Virus record (IMG/VR): IMGVR_UViG_3300026484_000515
Span: 1,711 to 65,710 of that record
Length of the DNA stretch: 64,000 nt
From: a virus
Taxonomy: Duplodnaviria > Caudoviricetes
Reading direction: 5' to 3' (one strand)
Notes under the pieces: model-generated
What the model saw: only the letters and a program-made list of their open reading frames with translations
Databases searched by the model: none
Told to the model about the DNA's origin: nothing
Part shown: positions 48,520 to 58,806 of the stretch, piece after piece
Numbering within the stretch: the stretch's first letter is position 1
How the letters are laid out: each line of letters opens with the position of its first letter
Program-made: the position numbers and the translations under genes

Positions 48520-49422
48520 ATGATTTCGTTTAAGGGATTTCTATTTGAACAATTTAAAAGGGGAAAAGGAATTCAACATTTAATTGGAATGAAACCTCTG
48601 GATTTTCTTCAACTATTACAAAAAATAGAAAAAGAATTGCCTAATGTAAAAGTTAAAATAACGGAAAAAGTGGATGGTGCTGCACTTACAATAGGATTGG
48701 ATAATGAAGGAAAATTCTTTATTCAGACAGCAAGAAGTGATAGAATTTATCATGGTAGTGAATTTGTAAAATTTGCTAAAGAAAGAAATAAACCATTAGA
48801 TATAGCAAAAGCATATGAAAATCTGTTTAATTTTCTAAAGAATTATCAACCTTTACAAAAAGTTTTACGGAAGTATTTTAATGGAAAAGGATATGGAATA
48901 CGAGGAGAAGTTTTATGGATTGAACTTGCACAGGAAATAAAGGAAAAAGGAATTAGATTTGTTGCTATTGAATATGATAAAAACAAAATAGGACAGAAAT
49001 TAACTTTTGTTCCTTTTAAAGTTCTTTATCTTGATGGAACAGAATTTGAAAAAGAAAAAGAATTGATAGAAGATTTGAAAAAGATAAGCAATAGGGAAGT
49101 GAAAATAGAAACTCCAGATTTGGAAGTGGGAGATTTAAATTTTGAAATAGTTTTAAGAGATTACAGGGAGTTGTTAAAGAAGTATAAAGACATTGAAAAA
49201 ATTTTGAAGTCAAGAAAAAAGAAAGATAAAGAGGTAAAAGAAGTTCTGAAAAAGTTGATTCAGGAGTTGCAAAGAAAGTTGGCAAATGAAATTATGCAGA
49301 AAGTTAAACATGGAAAGTTTGGAGATGAAATTGAAGGATTGGTTATTGACTTTTGTGGTGTTCAATGCAAAATTCAGTCTGAAACATTTAAAAAGAAAAA
49401 ATTTGGTGAGGGTAAAGAATGA
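48520..49422 (+). CDS. ATP-dependent ligase-like (covalent nucleotidyltransferase) protein with capsid-targeting-type leader
   Basis: MISFKGFLFE leader; IQHL; motif I TEKVDG, III RGEVL, IV EGLV, V KIQ. Confidence 0.65.
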   Translation: MISFKGFLFEQFKRGKGIQHLIGMKPLDFLQLLQKIEKELPNVKVKITEKVDGAALTIGLDNEGKFFIQTARSDRIYHGSEFVKFAKERNKPLDIAKAYENLFNFLKNYQPLQKVLRKYFNGKGYGIRGEVLWIELAQEIKEKGIRFVAIEYDKNKIGQKLTFVPFKVLYLDGTEFEKEKELIEDLKKISNREVKIETPDLEVGDLNFEIVLRDYRELLKKYKDIEKILKSRKKKDKEVKEVLKKLIQELQRKLANEIMQKVKHGKFGDEIEGLVIDFCGVQCKIQSETFKKKKFGEGKE

Positions 49423-50081
49423 AGATAGTTACTTTTTCTGGATTTGCTTGTAATGGAAAAAGCACAATGATAGATGTTTTTTCAAAAATATTTGGAAATG
49501 AATATAACGTCTGGATTTTTAAAGAAACAGCAAGATTAGTAGATGATACAATGGCTTATTTTGAGGAGAATTTAGAAATTGGAGATTTTGAAAAGAATAT
49601 TCTTTGTTCAGAAGTATTTTGCCATGATATAATGTTTGAAATGAAAAAGAAAAATGAAGATGGATTGATATTGAAAGACAGAAGCATCTTTGATGTTCTT
49701 GCATTCATGGTTTTGAGAAATGAAACTGATATATGCAATGTTTTGGATTTTTTAAGAGAAAATTATGATGGTGAAAAGCATTTATCAAACTTGTATGATG
49801 AAATCCTTTTTATAAGAGGAACAAGTGATGAGAATTTTATAAGTTCCATTTTAGAAGAAGATGAATTGCGAAAAAAGACTATATCAAATTTCTTTTCTTT
49901 ACAGGATAAGTTTGAGGAGGTATGGAAAAGAATAGTAAAAACATATGAAGAGGAAACAGAAAAGTCATTAAATGTAAAAGTATTTTCTCATCCCCATGAG
50001 TCTAATTTGACAATGTGGTTAATATATGCTAATATATGTTCCCTTTTGGGAAAGAAAAGTAATTTTGTAAAGGAGTTTTAA
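49419..50081 (+). CDS. P-loop nucleotide/nucleoside kinase (AAA_28/dNMP-kinase-like)
   Basis: SGFACNGKST, ETAR, DRSIFDVLAF. Confidence 0.75.
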   Translation: MKIVTFSGFACNGKSTMIDVFSKIFGNEYNVWIFKETARLVDDTMAYFEENLEIGDFEKNILCSEVFCHDIMFEMKKKNEDGLILKDRSIFDVLAFMVLRNETDICNVLDFLRENYDGEKHLSNLYDEILFIRGTSDENFISSILEEDELRKKTISNFFSLQDKFEEVWKRIVKTYEEETEKSLNVKVFSHPHESNLTMWLIYANICSLLGKKSNFVKEF

Positions 50082-50082
50082 A

Positions 50083-50226
50083 ATGGCTGATAGGAAAAAT
50101 AAATGGGATATGTGGGTATATACGGTTTCTAAAACCAAGGCAAGAAGAAGAGTGAAAAGATTGAGAAATAAAGCAAATAGAAGGATAACCAAGAGACAGA
50201 TACGAGAGGAGTTAGAGGATTACTAA
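50083..50226 (+). CDS. small Arg-rich protein (47 aa)
   Basis: Manual translation MADRKNKWDMWVYTVSKTKARRRVKRLRNKANRRITKRQIREELEDY; GGAG SD; fills gap. Confidence 0.55.
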   Translation: MADRKNKWDMWVYTVSKTKARRRVKRLRNKANRRITKRQIREELEDY

Positions 50227-50411
50227 TGAAAAGGAGATTTGATGGATATTTCTGTTATTATAGGGAAAAATGGAAAGGATGTAAGAAACACAACAATATA
50301 TGTTGCTATGTATGTGAATATTTCAATGAATGCAAAAAGGAATTAGAATTTAGAAAGTGGATGAATAAACATTGTGAATTTGAAAAAACTTATTGTCCAA
50401 ACATGGTGTGA
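50226..50411 (+). CDS. small Cys-rich protein
   Basis: 61 aa with C...C...CCYVCEYFNEC...C...C. Confidence 0.6.
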   Translation: MKRRFDGYFCYYREKWKGCKKHNNICCYVCEYFNECKKELEFRKWMNKHCEFEKTYCPNMV

Positions 50412-51403
50412 TGAAATACCTTCCTAAACATGAAGAAGAACAGATAGTCTGGTTGCTTCCATTAGATTTATTAGAACAGAAACCAGCAGGGTTTTGGTTT
50501 AGATGTCCCGTTTGTGGTGATTCAAAAATTTCGTATAAAAAGAAAAGAGGATGGATTCTAACAGGAAGAGAACATTTAGTTTATTATTGTTTTAATTGTG
50601 GCTATACTGCTTCATTTAAGAGATTTCTTAGAGAATATTTTCCGGAAATATACAAGGAATATTATGAAAAGAAACTGAAGGAGTATTGGAAAGAAGTAAA
50701 GAAAGAAAAAACAATTGTTTATAAGAAAAAAAGTGAAATAAAAGTAGAAAAAGAAGAAACAGAAAATGAAATTAAACTAATTTCAATTGATAAGTTTAAG
50801 TGGATAAATGTGGAAAATTCACTTGAAGCATCAAATTTTCTTAAAAAAAGGAAAATACCAGAAGAGAAGTGGAATTTCTTTAGATATTCCTTGGATGAAG
50901 AAAATGATAAAGGATTTTTGATAATTCCTTTCTTTTATAAGAATGAAAGTCAGATTTATGGTTATCAAATTCGTTCTTTAGTAGATAAAGTTTTCAAGAT
51001 TAGAATTCCGGAAGGAAATCCAAAAGTTTGGAATTTGTTCAATGTTGATTGGAATAGAGAAGTCTTTGTTTTTGAAGGTGTATTTGATGCTATTTTTGTT
51101 GAAAATTCAATAGCTTTACTTGGTGCGGATATTCCTAAGTATCTTGAAGGGAAATTGAAAAATTGTATTTTTGTTTTTGATAATGATTTAACAGGTCTGG
51201 AAAAAACTGAAAAATATCTTAAAAAAGGATTAAAATGTGTAATCTTCCCTTTGAATTTTTATTATAAGGATATAAATGATTGGGTAAAAGAGGAAAATCC
51301 TGAAGGTATTGAAGAATTTTTGAAAAATCATATCTATGAAGATTGGAGAAAAGCTAAAGTTTTAATAGGAATGAAAAAGAAAATTCTAAAAAGAGGTTTA
51401 TAA
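50411..51403 (+). CDS. gp61: DNA primase gp61
   Basis: FRCPVCGDS..KKRG, YCFNCG zinc finger; TOPRIM FEGVFDA, FDND, KDIND; start taken at ATG 50411 (ORF track 50393). Confidence 0.93.
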   Translation: MKYLPKHEEEQIVWLLPLDLLEQKPAGFWFRCPVCGDSKISYKKKRGWILTGREHLVYYCFNCGYTASFKRFLREYFPEIYKEYYEKKLKEYWKEVKKEKTIVYKKKSEIKVEKEETENEIKLISIDKFKWINVENSLEASNFLKKRKIPEEKWNFFRYSLDEENDKGFLIIPFFYKNESQIYGYQIRSLVDKVFKIRIPEGNPKVWNLFNVDWNREVFVFEGVFDAIFVENSIALLGADIPKYLEGKLKNCIFVFDNDLTGLEKTEKYLKKGLKCVIFPLNFYYKDINDWVKEENPEGIEEFLKNHIYEDWRKAKVLIGMKKKILKRGL

Positions 51404-51942
51404 TGGATAAATTGAAAGCACTTGAAGAAAAGTTGAATTTAGCAAAAGAAGCGGTAAAGGAAACAAAATTAATTAAAAAGCAGGTTAAAGAGGATATGGA
51501 GGAAATAATACATGAACAAAGTGTTGATGCTCAAGAACAATATTTGAATAGATTGAGAACTGATTTGGAAATTATAAGGAACAATTTAATTAAGTTAATA
51601 GATTATGGACAAAATCTTTTGAGAGAATTGCAAACATTACCTGCAATAGATTTAAAAGCATCACAATTAATGGCAATATCTGACTTACAAAAAACAATCG
51701 GTCAGAATACAAAACTGTTATGGGATTTGTATAAGGAATTATCAGAATTGGAAAATATGAAAAAGAGAACTGAATTGAGGGAAAGGGAAATTGAAATAAA
51801 AGAAAAAGAAATTGAAATTAAATCAAGACAGGTGGAAGGGAAATTAAATGTGGAAAAGGCAGAAAAAGTCCAGAATATCTTTGTTGGAACAACAGCAGAA
51901 TTGTTAAAATTATTGCAAGAGGCAAAAGATAAAGATGTATGA
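51403..51942 (+). CDS. gp16: Terminase small subunit gp16
   Basis: Helical, NIFVGTTAELLKLL C-terminal motif, upstream of gp17. Confidence 0.85.
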   Translation: MDKLKALEEKLNLAKEAVKETKLIKKQVKEDMEEIIHEQSVDAQEQYLNRLRTDLEIIRNNLIKLIDYGQNLLRELQTLPAIDLKASQLMAISDLQKTIGQNTKLLWDLYKELSELENMKKRTELREREIEIKEKEIEIKSRQVEGKLNVEKAEKVQNIFVGTTAELLKLLQEAKDKDV

Positions 51943-53605
51943 ATCTTATAAGATTTCTGATGGATTTAGAGGAAATCCAAAATTAAAACCGGCAGGAGTT
52001 GCTCTTGAATATACAAAAGAACAAGTTGAAGAGATTTTGAAGTGTAAAAATGATATTATCTATTTTGCTGAAAATTATTATCATATAATAACACTTGATA
52101 AAGGTCTTCAAAAGATAAAACTTTATGACTTTCAAAAGGATTTACTTAAAACTATTCAAAATGAAAACAGAATAATAGTTTTAGCTTCAAGACAAGTTGG
52201 TAAAACTACTACTTATGCAATATTCTGTTTGTGGTATATTCTTTTTTATCCAGAAAAATCAATTGCGATTACTGCTAATAAAGAAAGAACAGCGATAGAA
52301 ATCTTGGATAGAATTAAAACAGCTTATCAAGAATTGCCCTGGTGGTTACAACAGGGAATAGTTAATTGGGGGAGAAGGGAATTAAGGTTAGAAAATGAAT
52401 CCAAAATAATAGCAGTATCAACATCTTCAACAGCCATTCGTGGTTTCTCTATGAATGTTCTCATAATAGACGAGATGGCTTTTATACCAAGGAATATTTT
52501 CAATGATTTCTGGAATTCAGTTTATCCTGTTATATCATCCGGTAGAGATTCAAAGATAATAATTGTTTCTACACCTAACAAGAAAAATCATTTTTATAAG
52601 TTTTGGATAGATGCTAAGGAAGGAAGAAATGGATTTAAACCTATATTTGTGCATTGGTCTCAAGTTCCAGGAAGAGATGAAGAATGGGTTCAAAAAACAA
52701 AACAAGCTGTGGGTGAATTAACATGGATGCAAGAATTTGAATGTAGATTTATAGGAGCATCGGATACACTAATAGACCCTTCAGTTTTGGAACAATTACA
52801 ATACAAAAAACCTTTAGATTATACAAAACTGCATGAAAGGATATCTGATTTCAATGAATACTTATTTGTTTATGAAGAACCAAAACCTAATCACATGTAT
52901 GTCATAGGAGTTGATAGTTCAAAAATAAAATCAGGAGAAACAACAGGAGATGGTGTATCTATACAAGTTCTGGATGTAACTGATATTCCTTTTAAACAGG
53001 TTTGTCATTTCTATACTGAACCACCAACAAAGTTTCATTATCTTGATACAATTCCGGTAGCTTATGAAATAGCAAAATATTACAATAATGCTTTAATTTT
53101 TGTAGAAAACAATGATATAGGGCAGGAAATTGCAGATGGAATAGCTTTTGATTATGAGTATGAGAATGTTTATTTCCAGAAACCAAATTTACCTGGATAT
53201 AGACAAACAACAAAGACAAGACATATAGGGATAATGAATTTGAAGACTCTCATAGAAAAATTTGAATTGATAATAAATGATTGGATTACGCTTGAGCAAT
53301 TAGCAGCATTTGTTAAAAAAGGAAAGAAATTTCAAGCAGCACCGGGAAATTATGATGATGCCGTAATGGCTTTAGTTCATGCTTTATTTTTCTTACAAAC
53401 ACCAGAATTTGATTGGATAGTAACTAAAAGAGAATTAGTTCAAAAGCAAAAAATAAAGGAAAGAATGGAACAGTTTAAGAAAAAGTTAAAGGAAAATATT
53501 CAGGAAACCATGGAAGATTTGCCATGGTTAAAAGAAGCAGAAGAAGAGAAAATAGTTGATGGTTATTTAGTTTGGGAAGAGGTTTTGTATAAGGGTTTTA
53601 TGTAA
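51935..53605 (+). CDS. gp17: Terminase large subunit gp17
   Basis: GNPKLK, KCKNDIIYFAENY, LYDFQ, SRQVGKTT, IRG, IDEMAF, VSTPN, QEFEC, DDAVMA. Confidence 0.96.
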   Translation: MYESYKISDGFRGNPKLKPAGVALEYTKEQVEEILKCKNDIIYFAENYYHIITLDKGLQKIKLYDFQKDLLKTIQNENRIIVLASRQVGKTTTYAIFCLWYILFYPEKSIAITANKERTAIEILDRIKTAYQELPWWLQQGIVNWGRRELRLENESKIIAVSTSSTAIRGFSMNVLIIDEMAFIPRNIFNDFWNSVYPVISSGRDSKIIIVSTPNKKNHFYKFWIDAKEGRNGFKPIFVHWSQVPGRDEEWVQKTKQAVGELTWMQEFECRFIGASDTLIDPSVLEQLQYKKPLDYTKLHERISDFNEYLFVYEEPKPNHMYVIGVDSSKIKSGETTGDGVSIQVLDVTDIPFKQVCHFYTEPPTKFHYLDTIPVAYEIAKYYNNALIFVENNDIGQEIADGIAFDYEYENVYFQKPNLPGYRQTTKTRHIGIMNLKTLIEKFELIINDWITLEQLAAFVKKGKKFQAAPGNYDDAVMALVHALFFLQTPEFDWIVTKRELVQKQKIKERMEQFKKKLKENIQETMEDLPWLKEAEEEKIVDGYLVWEEVLYKGFM

Positions 53606-53626
53606 ATAATTGTTGAAATTTCCTAA

Positions 53627-53920
53627 TTGAGGAGGATTATGATGGAATTTGAAAAGATGGTTGAAAAAGTTTTTAAAGTGGAAAAACTTGAGGAAAGTGT
53701 TAAAGAATTTCCTCTTGGAATAATGGTAAAAAATGCTTTGTATGCTGAATGGGATGGCTCAAAACTTTCAATTAAAATAGCAGGTATAGAACTTGTTCAG
53801 TTTAATTTTGATGATGATATGAATCTTGAATCATTTACTACAATTCAGGATGAAGCTGATAAGTTTGAAAAGTGGGTCAAAAAGAATTTCAAAGAGTGGA
53901 AAAAAGAACAGGAGGGATAG
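53627..53920 (+). CDS. hypothetical protein
   Basis: About 97-aa ORF; likely start at ATG after GAGGAGG. Confidence 0.65.
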   Translation: MRRIMMEFEKMVEKVFKVEKLEESVKEFPLGIMVKNALYAEWDGSKLSIKIAGIELVQFNFDDDMNLESFTTIQDEADKFEKWVKKNFKEWKKEQEG

Positions 53921-54223
53921 ATGGAATTTATTTTAAAATTTTTAAAATCTATTGATCCTGCTATTATTTTAGGTGGATTAGCGGGTGTTTTAGCTTTTCT
54001 TTTTGGTCAACAGAAAATGAAAAATAAACAATTAAAAGAAACCATTAAAGCAAATGAACAGGTTAGACAGGAAGAGAAAAAGTATGAGAAAAAGAGTGTT
54101 GATTTTGAGGAAGAAATTGTGGATTTGAAGGATAATTTAAAAGAAAACGATGATGAAAAGAAAAAAATAGTTCAAGCTATTGAAAATAATGAGGAGATAG
54201 TGATAGATGAGGAAGAGATTTAG
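53921..54223 (+). CDS. Probable i-spanin (Rz-like)
   Basis: N-terminal TM helix followed by coiled coil; overlaps downstream lipoprotein gene. Confidence 0.6.
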   Translation: MEFILKFLKSIDPAIILGGLAGVLAFLFGQQKMKNKQLKETIKANEQVRQEEKKYEKKSVDFEEEIVDLKDNLKENDDEKKKIVQAIENNEEIVIDEEEI

Positions 54224-54515
54224 TATTCTTTTTCTTGTATTGTTTTTGTTTGCTTGTTCACAACCTGTAAGATATAAAATTGTTAAACCACAAATTCCTG
54301 AGTTAAAAAAGTATGGACGGGTTCAAATCCCGAAAACAAAATGGAAACCGATAAATTACAATGGCACATTGTTATATTGCACTTCTAAAGAAGAACTGAT
54401 AAAGTTTATGAATGCTTTTATTGAATTGAAAAAAGCAAAGAAGTTTTGTGATACAGAAATTGACAAGTATAATGAATTCAGGAAAGAATATATAAAAGAT
54501 GTAGAGGTAAAATAA
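54207..54515 (+). CDS. Probable o-spanin (Rz1-like lipoprotein)
   Basis: MRKRFSILFLVLFLFAC lipobox; Pro-containing linker. Confidence 0.65.
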   Translation: MRKRFSILFLVLFLFACSQPVRYKIVKPQIPELKKYGRVQIPKTKWKPINYNGTLLYCTSKEELIKFMNAFIELKKAKKFCDTEIDKYNEFRKEYIKDVEVK

Positions 54516-54568
54516 GTTTGCCTACTATAAAATCTTTGATACAAAATACTAAAAAGAGGAGGAAAAGA

Positions 54569-54907
54569 ATGAATGTAAAATTTTTGCATTTAATCACAGG
54601 AATGAAAATAATAGGAGATGTAGAAGAAAGAGAAGAAACTTATCTAATCAAAAAGGGTGTAATAGTGGATTTTGTTCCCGTTGCTCCTGGTAAGATGGGC
54701 ATGGTAGTTATACCTGTTTCTATGAAAGAACCTTTGATTAGGGATAAAGAAATAAGGAAGGATTTTGTTTTATGTTGTGAAGAAGATTCTGAATATGAAA
54801 GGATGCTAATGGAAATATCTTTACAATCTTCAGGTTTAACAGTAGCAACTAACATTCCTGAAGAGGAAGACAAATCAATAATTGATATAACAAAACTTAG
54901 ACAGTAA
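54569..54907 (+). CDS. T4-like Sm-like fold protein
   Basis: VKFLHLITGMKIIGDV...SGLTV pattern of conserved T4-like Sm-like proteins; GGAGG SD supports ATG 54569. Confidence 0.55.
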   Translation: MNVKFLHLITGMKIIGDVEEREETYLIKKGVIVDFVPVAPGKMGMVVIPVSMKEPLIRDKEIRKDFVLCCEEDSEYERMLMEISLQSSGLTVATNIPEEEDKSIIDITKLRQ

Positions 54908-54919
54908 AAGGAGGATATT

Positions 54920-55201
54920 ATGAAGTATGTTGTAATAGCACCTAATGGATTTGATGTTTCTCTTTCATTGAAAAGTGGAGTATATAGATTTTTTAATGGT
55001 GATGTTATAGATGATGAAAAATATCCAAAAGAAATGTTTGAATTGTTTCCTGAGATTTTTAGACCATTGCCTGAAGAGAAAAAAGTGGAAGTGAAAAAGA
55101 AAGCTAATAAGGAAGAGCAGAAGAAAGAGGAGAAAGTAGAGGAAAAGAAATTGGAAAAGAAGTCAAAAAGAGTTCAGAAAAAGGATGCTAAAGAAGAATA
55201 A
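54920..55201 (+). CDS. hypothetical protein with K/E-rich tail
   Basis: 93-aa ORF, GGAGG SD. Confidence 0.7.
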   Translation: MKYVVIAPNGFDVSLSLKSGVYRFFNGDVIDDEKYPKEMFELFPEIFRPLPEEKKVEVKKKANKEEQKKEEKVEEKKLEKKSKRVQKKDAKEE

Positions 55202-55941
55202 TGGGAGCTAAGGTTCCTTACATAAAGTCAAAAAATGAGTTAAAAGAATATATAAAAAGAAGATTGGGTTATCCTGTTGTAAATGTAGAAATAACAGATG
55301 AACAGTTAGAAGATGTAATAAATGAAACAATAGAAAAGTTTATAGAAGTAGCTTATCCTGGTATTCAATTACGACTTGGAAGATTACGAACAGAAAATGA
55401 GAAAATGGAATATGAATTGCCTTATGAAGTTGCTGCTGTTGTAAAAGTGTTTGCACCGGGAGAAGGTGGTGGTGGGATGATGGCTGCTCCTTTTGGAATG
55501 GCAGCTACAATGGCACAATCATTGGAAAATGTGTATTTCCAGAAATTGGATTTAGTTTCAATTGAATTAATGATGGAATACATAGAAACATTAAGTGTTA
55601 TGTTTTATCGTGGAACTGAATTTGATTTCAATACAATGACTAAGAAATTGTATCTTTTCAAAAATCCTGGTGATGGAGAATTGGGTCTTCTGTTTTATGA
55701 ATATGTTTCAGAAAATGATTCTCTTTATATCTATGACCATAGATGGGTTAAAAAATATGCAACAGAATTGGCAAGATTACAATGGGGAAGAAATCTGATA
55801 AAATATGCAGGTTCAATGTTGCCTTCCGGATTACAGATGAATGCTGAAGCGTTAATTTCTGAAGCAAAAGAGGAACTGGCTAAATTAGAAGAAGAGTTAG
55901 AAGATAAGTATCAATTACCTATTGACTTCTTTATAGGTTAA
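55201..55941 (+). CDS. gp13: Neck protein gp13
   Basis: ELKEYIKRRLGYPVVNVEITDEQ, RWVKKYA..LARLQWG.NL.KY. Confidence 0.93.
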   Translation: MGAKVPYIKSKNELKEYIKRRLGYPVVNVEITDEQLEDVINETIEKFIEVAYPGIQLRLGRLRTENEKMEYELPYEVAAVVKVFAPGEGGGGMMAAPFGMAATMAQSLENVYFQKLDLVSIELMMEYIETLSVMFYRGTEFDFNTMTKKLYLFKNPGDGELGLLFYEYVSENDSLYIYDHRWVKKYATELARLQWGRNLIKYAGSMLPSGLQMNAEALISEAKEELAKLEEELEDKYQLPIDFFIG

Positions 55942-55942
55942 G

Positions 55943-56485
55943 ATGAAAGAGAAGACTAAAGAACTAATAAAACCTTTTCTGAATCAAATTTCTTCGGAAA
56001 TACAAATTTTAGCTAATCAAACTAAGAGTTTAGTTGATTTAAAAACATATCTGGAAATTGGATATACTGTTAATGAAAATATTGAATATGAACAAATTCC
56101 TGTTTTTGCTGATGATTTTGAAAAAAGATTTATGAAATTTTTCTTTTTGAAAATTTACAAAACAAATGAAAAAATCATATCTGCAAATTTAAAACTTGTG
56201 AATCATTTTCAGAAAAGAAGTAAAATTGAAATACAAATTCCCATTAACCTTGAAGTGGTGCAGAATTTAATCAACCAAAACATTTCTTACATTTATGAAT
56301 TTTCCTTTGAGGAAAAAGAAAATGAAATAAGAAAAAGGTTAGAAGATAAGAAAAATTTGATACAAGCAATTCAAAAGATGATTCAGGAACTTCCTTTTCA
56401 TGAGAAAGAATTAGAATGGTTAATAGAGGAATTAGAAGATTTTCTGAGAAAGAAGGAAGAATTCTTTAAAAAACCACAAGTTTAA
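55943..56485 (+). CDS. hypothetical protein
   Basis: 180-aa ORF. Confidence 0.7.
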   Translation: MKEKTKELIKPFLNQISSEIQILANQTKSLVDLKTYLEIGYTVNENIEYEQIPVFADDFEKRFMKFFFLKIYKTNEKIISANLKLVNHFQKRSKIEIQIPINLEVVQNLINQNISYIYEFSFEEKENEIRKRLEDKKNLIQAIQKMIQELPFHEKELEWLIEELEDFLRKKEEFFKKPQV

Positions 56486-56519
56486 ATAGATAGAGAAAAT
56501 TTATTGGGAGGAGAAAAGT

Positions 56520-57206
56520 ATGAAAGTTTTTGGTAAAATGGATTTCAATCTTAACGAAGTTTATAAATTTGTAGTAGAACCTTATGATGGTTCTGCTAAT
56601 CCTGATAAACCTTTCCCTGATTATGCAAAACAGGGTCTTCTACTCTTCAGAACAGATGAACAGATGCTTTATATTTGTGTTTCTGAAAACCCTGCTGTTT
56701 GGATTCCTCTTATAAAGCTAAATGCTTCTTATGTTCATAATCAGGATTCGGTTGCTTCTGAATGGAATATAGTTCACAACCTTGAAACACAGAATGTAAT
56801 GGTTCAGGTTTTTGATGTAAGTGGAAATAAATTTGTTCCTGAAGATATACAGATTGTGGATAACAATACAATAAAAGTTGTAGTTAATCCTCCATCTGCT
56901 GGAAAAGCATTGGTAATAGCTCTTGATGCTCAGGTTGGTCTTTTTGTTCAGCATAATCAGCTATCTCTTGATATTCTAAAATCCAGACAGGAAATAACTC
57001 AGGTAGATTATGATGAAAATGATAATCCTGTTAAGGTTTATTATGGTGATGGAACAATCTGTGAAATAACTTATAGAACTTCTGATCCTGCTGTTGGTGA
57101 AATTGATACAATAACATTCTATTCTTCTGGTGGAACTATCCTTGAACAATGGCAGTATATCTATGATGACCAGGGAAGAATTTCTCAGTTGAGGAGATTA
57201 GCTTAA
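56520..57206 (+). CDS. Virion structural protein
   Basis: LLFRTDEQMLYIC; YVHNQ...EWNIVHNL module shared with 16220; YD-like C-terminus. Confidence 0.65.
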   Translation: MKVFGKMDFNLNEVYKFVVEPYDGSANPDKPFPDYAKQGLLLFRTDEQMLYICVSENPAVWIPLIKLNASYVHNQDSVASEWNIVHNLETQNVMVQVFDVSGNKFVPEDIQIVDNNTIKVVVNPPSAGKALVIALDAQVGLFVQHNQLSLDILKSRQEITQVDYDENDNPVKVYYGDGTICEITYRTSDPAVGEIDTITFYSSGGTILEQWQYIYDDQGRISQLRRLA

Positions 57207-57213
57207 AGTAGCG

Positions 57214-58806
57214 ATGAAAATAGATTGGGTGATAAAGCGATTTAGTAAAAACGAAGTGGTTCCATCTTGGAACGATGAAAGAAATATATGGTTTAATGTT
57301 TCAAATAGAGGTGCAAAATTTGAAATTTATCATGGTTTAGAGTTACCAGAAGACCCTTTAGGAGACGGAAGTGAAATAGCATTTTTCCCTTTGAATGGAG
57401 TGTTAGAAGATAAACATGGAAATTATTCTCTAATTCCATCAACAAGTTTTTCTTATGAAAAATCACCTTGGGACGTGGCTGTAAATTATAGGAATAAGGA
57501 CAATTCTTATTATTTGAAAACTTCTGAAAAGATAAGAAGAAATGAGAAAAAAGAAATAACTATTTCGGGTTGGATATATTTGGTTAGTGGTTGTTATGAA
57601 TGGAATTCAATTTGGCATTTATCACCAGATGATAATGATAATACAGGAAATTCAAGACAACCTGCTTTATGGCTTCATATGACTTATCAAAGAAACTTTC
57701 ATATTTGTTGTGATTGTGAAAAATATAAGAACTATAGAATAGAAATTTCTTCAGGAAAATTACATTATAATAGGTGGTCATTTATTGTTCAAACGGTTTC
57801 TCTAACTTCAATGAAATTATATATCAATGGTATTTTAACTGATGTTTTGAACACAAATAGTTCAACAGGTAATTTTCTTTTCAATGATGGTTATTTTTAT
57901 ATAGGTGATAAGTGGTATAATAAAAGTCTTTTGATAGCAAATGTTAGAGTTTTCCTTAAAGAACTATCTTCTGAAGAAATTTCATATCTTTACGAGTTAG
58001 AAAAACCTTTTAAAGCAGAAGATGAAGGTAAAAAGGTATTTGTGTTCTTTAATGATTTTGAAAAAATGGATAATTGGTTAGTTGATTATGCTGGAAATGG
58101 TGTTTCAGTAAAAGATTCACTTTTAGAAGCAAAAACAGATGGGCAATCAAGAGTTATCCTTAAAAATTCAAATGATTTGAATATTACTTCTCCTTTTTTG
58201 GTTTTTGGAAAGTTTTCAACGGAAGAATGTAATGATATTTCAACATTTTTAGATATATCAACAACAGATAACTTTACAAATTCAATTGCTTCAATTTATT
58301 GGGGATGGAAAAATGAAAAACATGGAACGTATAAGAATTTAAATGGAAAAGTTTCTTTTAATGAAGGTGCTTACAGAGATTTTTATTCTCCTGAATTTGG
58401 AAAATTCTATTATTATGGGTTGTTGTATGAAAATGACTATCAATACCATCTTTTTCCTCAAGAATTTTTTGAATTAAATTTTGACAATTATATCCCTAAT
58501 CAATCTTTTAGAAATGAGATTTTCAAAAAAGTTATTTTAGCTTTTTCTTATAATTGTTCCTCAACTTTTAATGTTGAATTTGTTGCAGTTGCTAAATTTT
58601 CAAAAGATTTTGATTATGTTATTCTTGATGAAGAATCAGGAAATTATGAATTAAATGGAAAGATTTTCAAAAAGAAGACTAAGATTAAAATTACAAAATT
58701 ACCATTAAATACTCAAACTGTTTTTGTTTCATTGAATAATGGTGCTTTTGGTGAAGTTAAGCAGGTTTCTGGACAAATACCATTTTTTGTTAAAAAGAGG
58801 ATATAA
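57214..58806 (+). CDS. LamG/concanavalin-A domain virion protein
   Basis: ITISGWIY...NRWSFIV...KLYING...FYIG...IANVRVF.KELS.EEI..LY; VFVFFNDFE. Confidence 0.78.
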   Translation: MKIDWVIKRFSKNEVVPSWNDERNIWFNVSNRGAKFEIYHGLELPEDPLGDGSEIAFFPLNGVLEDKHGNYSLIPSTSFSYEKSPWDVAVNYRNKDNSYYLKTSEKIRRNEKKEITISGWIYLVSGCYEWNSIWHLSPDDNDNTGNSRQPALWLHMTYQRNFHICCDCEKYKNYRIEISSGKLHYNRWSFIVQTVSLTSMKLYINGILTDVLNTNSSTGNFLFNDGYFYIGDKWYNKSLLIANVRVFLKELSSEEISYLYELEKPFKAEDEGKKVFVFFNDFEKMDNWLVDYAGNGVSVKDSLLEAKTDGQSRVILKNSNDLNITSPFLVFGKFSTEECNDISTFLDISTTDNFTNSIASIYWGWKNEKHGTYKNLNGKVSFNEGAYRDFYSPEFGKFYYYGLLYENDYQYHLFPQEFFELNFDNYIPNQSFRNEIFKKVILAFSYNCSSTFNVEFVAVAKFSKDFDYVILDEESGNYELNGKIFKKKTKIKITKLPLNTQTVFVSLNNGAFGEVKQVSGQIPFFVKKRI

